From the NCBI GenBank assembly GCA_964234715.1, contig OZ174278.1: a stretch of DNA of 64,000 bases. One strand, given 5' to 3'. Each line of letters opens with the position of its first letter. Position 1 is the first letter of the stretch. Shown piece by piece: positions 62,440 to 64,000 of the stretch. Under the pieces are notes generated by a model, which did not search any database, had not been told where the DNA came from, and saw only the letters and a program-made list of their open reading frames with translations. The translations under genes were made by a program, and so were the position numbers. Source of the stretch: Podarcis melisellensis. Its lineage: Eukaryota.

Positions 62440-63110
62440 ACGTTCTATCAGTGTTTTAGTCATCTGAGTCATCTGAGTCAAAGTACATATGATAAACTTA
62501 TAATGGGAGGTGATTTCAATGAAATAATTGATCCTAACCTTGATAGAAACACACCACCACGAAAAAAAGATTAGTTAGAGAAACTCTCAAAAAGTACATG
62601 CAAGAGGTGAATCTGGTTGACCCTTGGTGCTTAAGACATCCTACCGAAAGTTTTTGTTCTATAATCAAGTGCATAAAAATTGTTTTAGGTTGGATTTTTT
62701 TCTTAATAACAGCATCCTTGTACCATCAAATTCAAACTGTGATATTGATGTATGTTATGTTTCTGATCACATTGCAATTTTTTTGAATTGGGAGTATTAT
62801 AACACAGGTAAGCTATCAAGAAACTATCAACAGAACTGTACAGCATAAACTTACATTTACGGTGCAAAATATCCTTTTGAATTATATACCCAGCACATGG
62901 AACTTTATAAAAGGAATGGAGTCTCCAAGCCCTAACCAAGGCAAAAAGACTTGGTGCTGATGAATTGGAAAAATAAAAATGTGGCAGCTCCCTTCTACGA
63001 TTGGATTGAAGACCTATACAAACTCACATATGAACAACTTTCATATAAACACAGACTTGCCATGGGCAAATTCAATGGTATTTGGAATCCATTCTTACAA
63101 ATATTGTAAT
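62440..63110 (+). mobile_element. Degenerate, internally deleted L1/Tx1-type LINE
   Basis: APE endonuclease motifs LIMGGDFNE, NLVDPW, RLDFFL and VSDH at 62480-62790, followed within about 150 bp by ORF2 C-terminal-like AKRL...NWK...WIED...WNPF. Confidence 0.7.
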
Positions 63111-63260
63111 AGGTTAGGATCTGGTGAATTACAATAACAACTTTGTAAAGTATGCAATTTTGGTTTTCTCCTCCTCCCCCCTTTACTTTGTCTTCTACAT
63201 GGGTGCTGTTTCTCTTTTTCTTTTTCTCTTTTATTTACATCTCACCATGCTTAGTGCACA

Positions 63261-63568
63261 TTGTTGTTGTTGTTTAGTTGTTTAGTCGTGTCCGCCTCTT
63301 TGTGACCCCCTGGACCAGAGCACGCCAGGCACTCCTGTCCTCCACTGCCTCCTGCAGTTTGGTCAGACTCGTGTTTGTAGCTTCGAGAACACTGTCCAAC
63401 CATCTTGTCCTCTGTCGTCCCCTTCTTCTTGTGCCCTCAATCTTCCCCAACATCAGAGTCTTTTCCAGGGAGTCTTCTCTTTTCATGAGGTGGCCAAAGT
63501 ATTAGAGCCTCAGCTTCATGATCTGTCCTTCCAGTGAGCACTCAGGGCTGATTTCCTTAAGAATGGAT
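63261..63568 (-). mobile_element. BovB (RTE) LINE 3' end
   Basis: YFGHLMKREDSLEKTLMLGKIEGTRRRGRQRTRWLD...WRALVQGVTKRRTRLNN followed by a (CAA)n tail. Confidence 0.95.
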
Positions 63569-64000
63569 ATAATTATGTATTTTTGCATCCTTCAATTGAA
63601 AAAAAAAAAGGCGATGTGCAAGATTTTAAACTGTGAAGCCAGTCACTTACCCAGTTAAGCCTGTGTAAAGCAACCTGGTCCGAGAGTGGGAAAAACTGCA
63701 AACCCTTCCTTGTTTTGGAAGGACAGAATCAATCTGCTCCACTTGTAAATCTTGTGCATATTTCTTACACCCAGCATTTTTATCTTTTATGTTTTAGAGA
63801 GGGGAAGCATGCTGAAAATATTTTTTTAGAAGAAGTTTTAACTTTGGGGAATAGCAGACTCTCTCTGTTCCATTTCCAACACTGATGCTTTTAGGAATAC
63901 ATTTGCACTAGCTTTAAGAACTATTTGTTGACGCGTCTTGTAAATGAGTCTATTATTGTCGCATCGGTGCTGACTGTTTGATGTGCAACATATTTCTCGC

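Overview
Vertebrate genomic DNA, almost certainly from a squamate and probably a lacertid lizard. This rests on Sauria-type SINEs with ACCTTT tails, a Squam3-like SINE with a (TTC)n tail, and BovB, L2, CR1 and L1 LINEs. I found no intact multi-exon cellular CDS; most ORFs in the track are noise or repeat-derived. The window looks like a long intron or 5' region of a probably minus-strand host gene, with a few candidate short 5' exons (32267-32345, 33829-33876, 51085-51141). The most structured region is 18.9-25.0 kb. It holds a decayed, internally deleted tyrosine-recombinase retrotransposon (Ngaro/DIRS type) with gag, an RNase H C-terminus, a recombinase and an SGNH hydrolase. Two L1-type insertions with clear TSDs sit in its 5' region. 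One is a complete, young-looking 1.87 kb element with a CpG-rich 5' UTR and one intact 203-aa ORF that I cannot assign, and no RT or endonuclease. It is the best candidate for an undescribed coding non-autonomous retroposon. The rest of the window carries TSD-flanked hAT and Tc1/mariner-type MITEs, solo LTRs, SINEs, LINE fragments and microsatellites. All family assignments come from motif recognition by eye; no searches were run.
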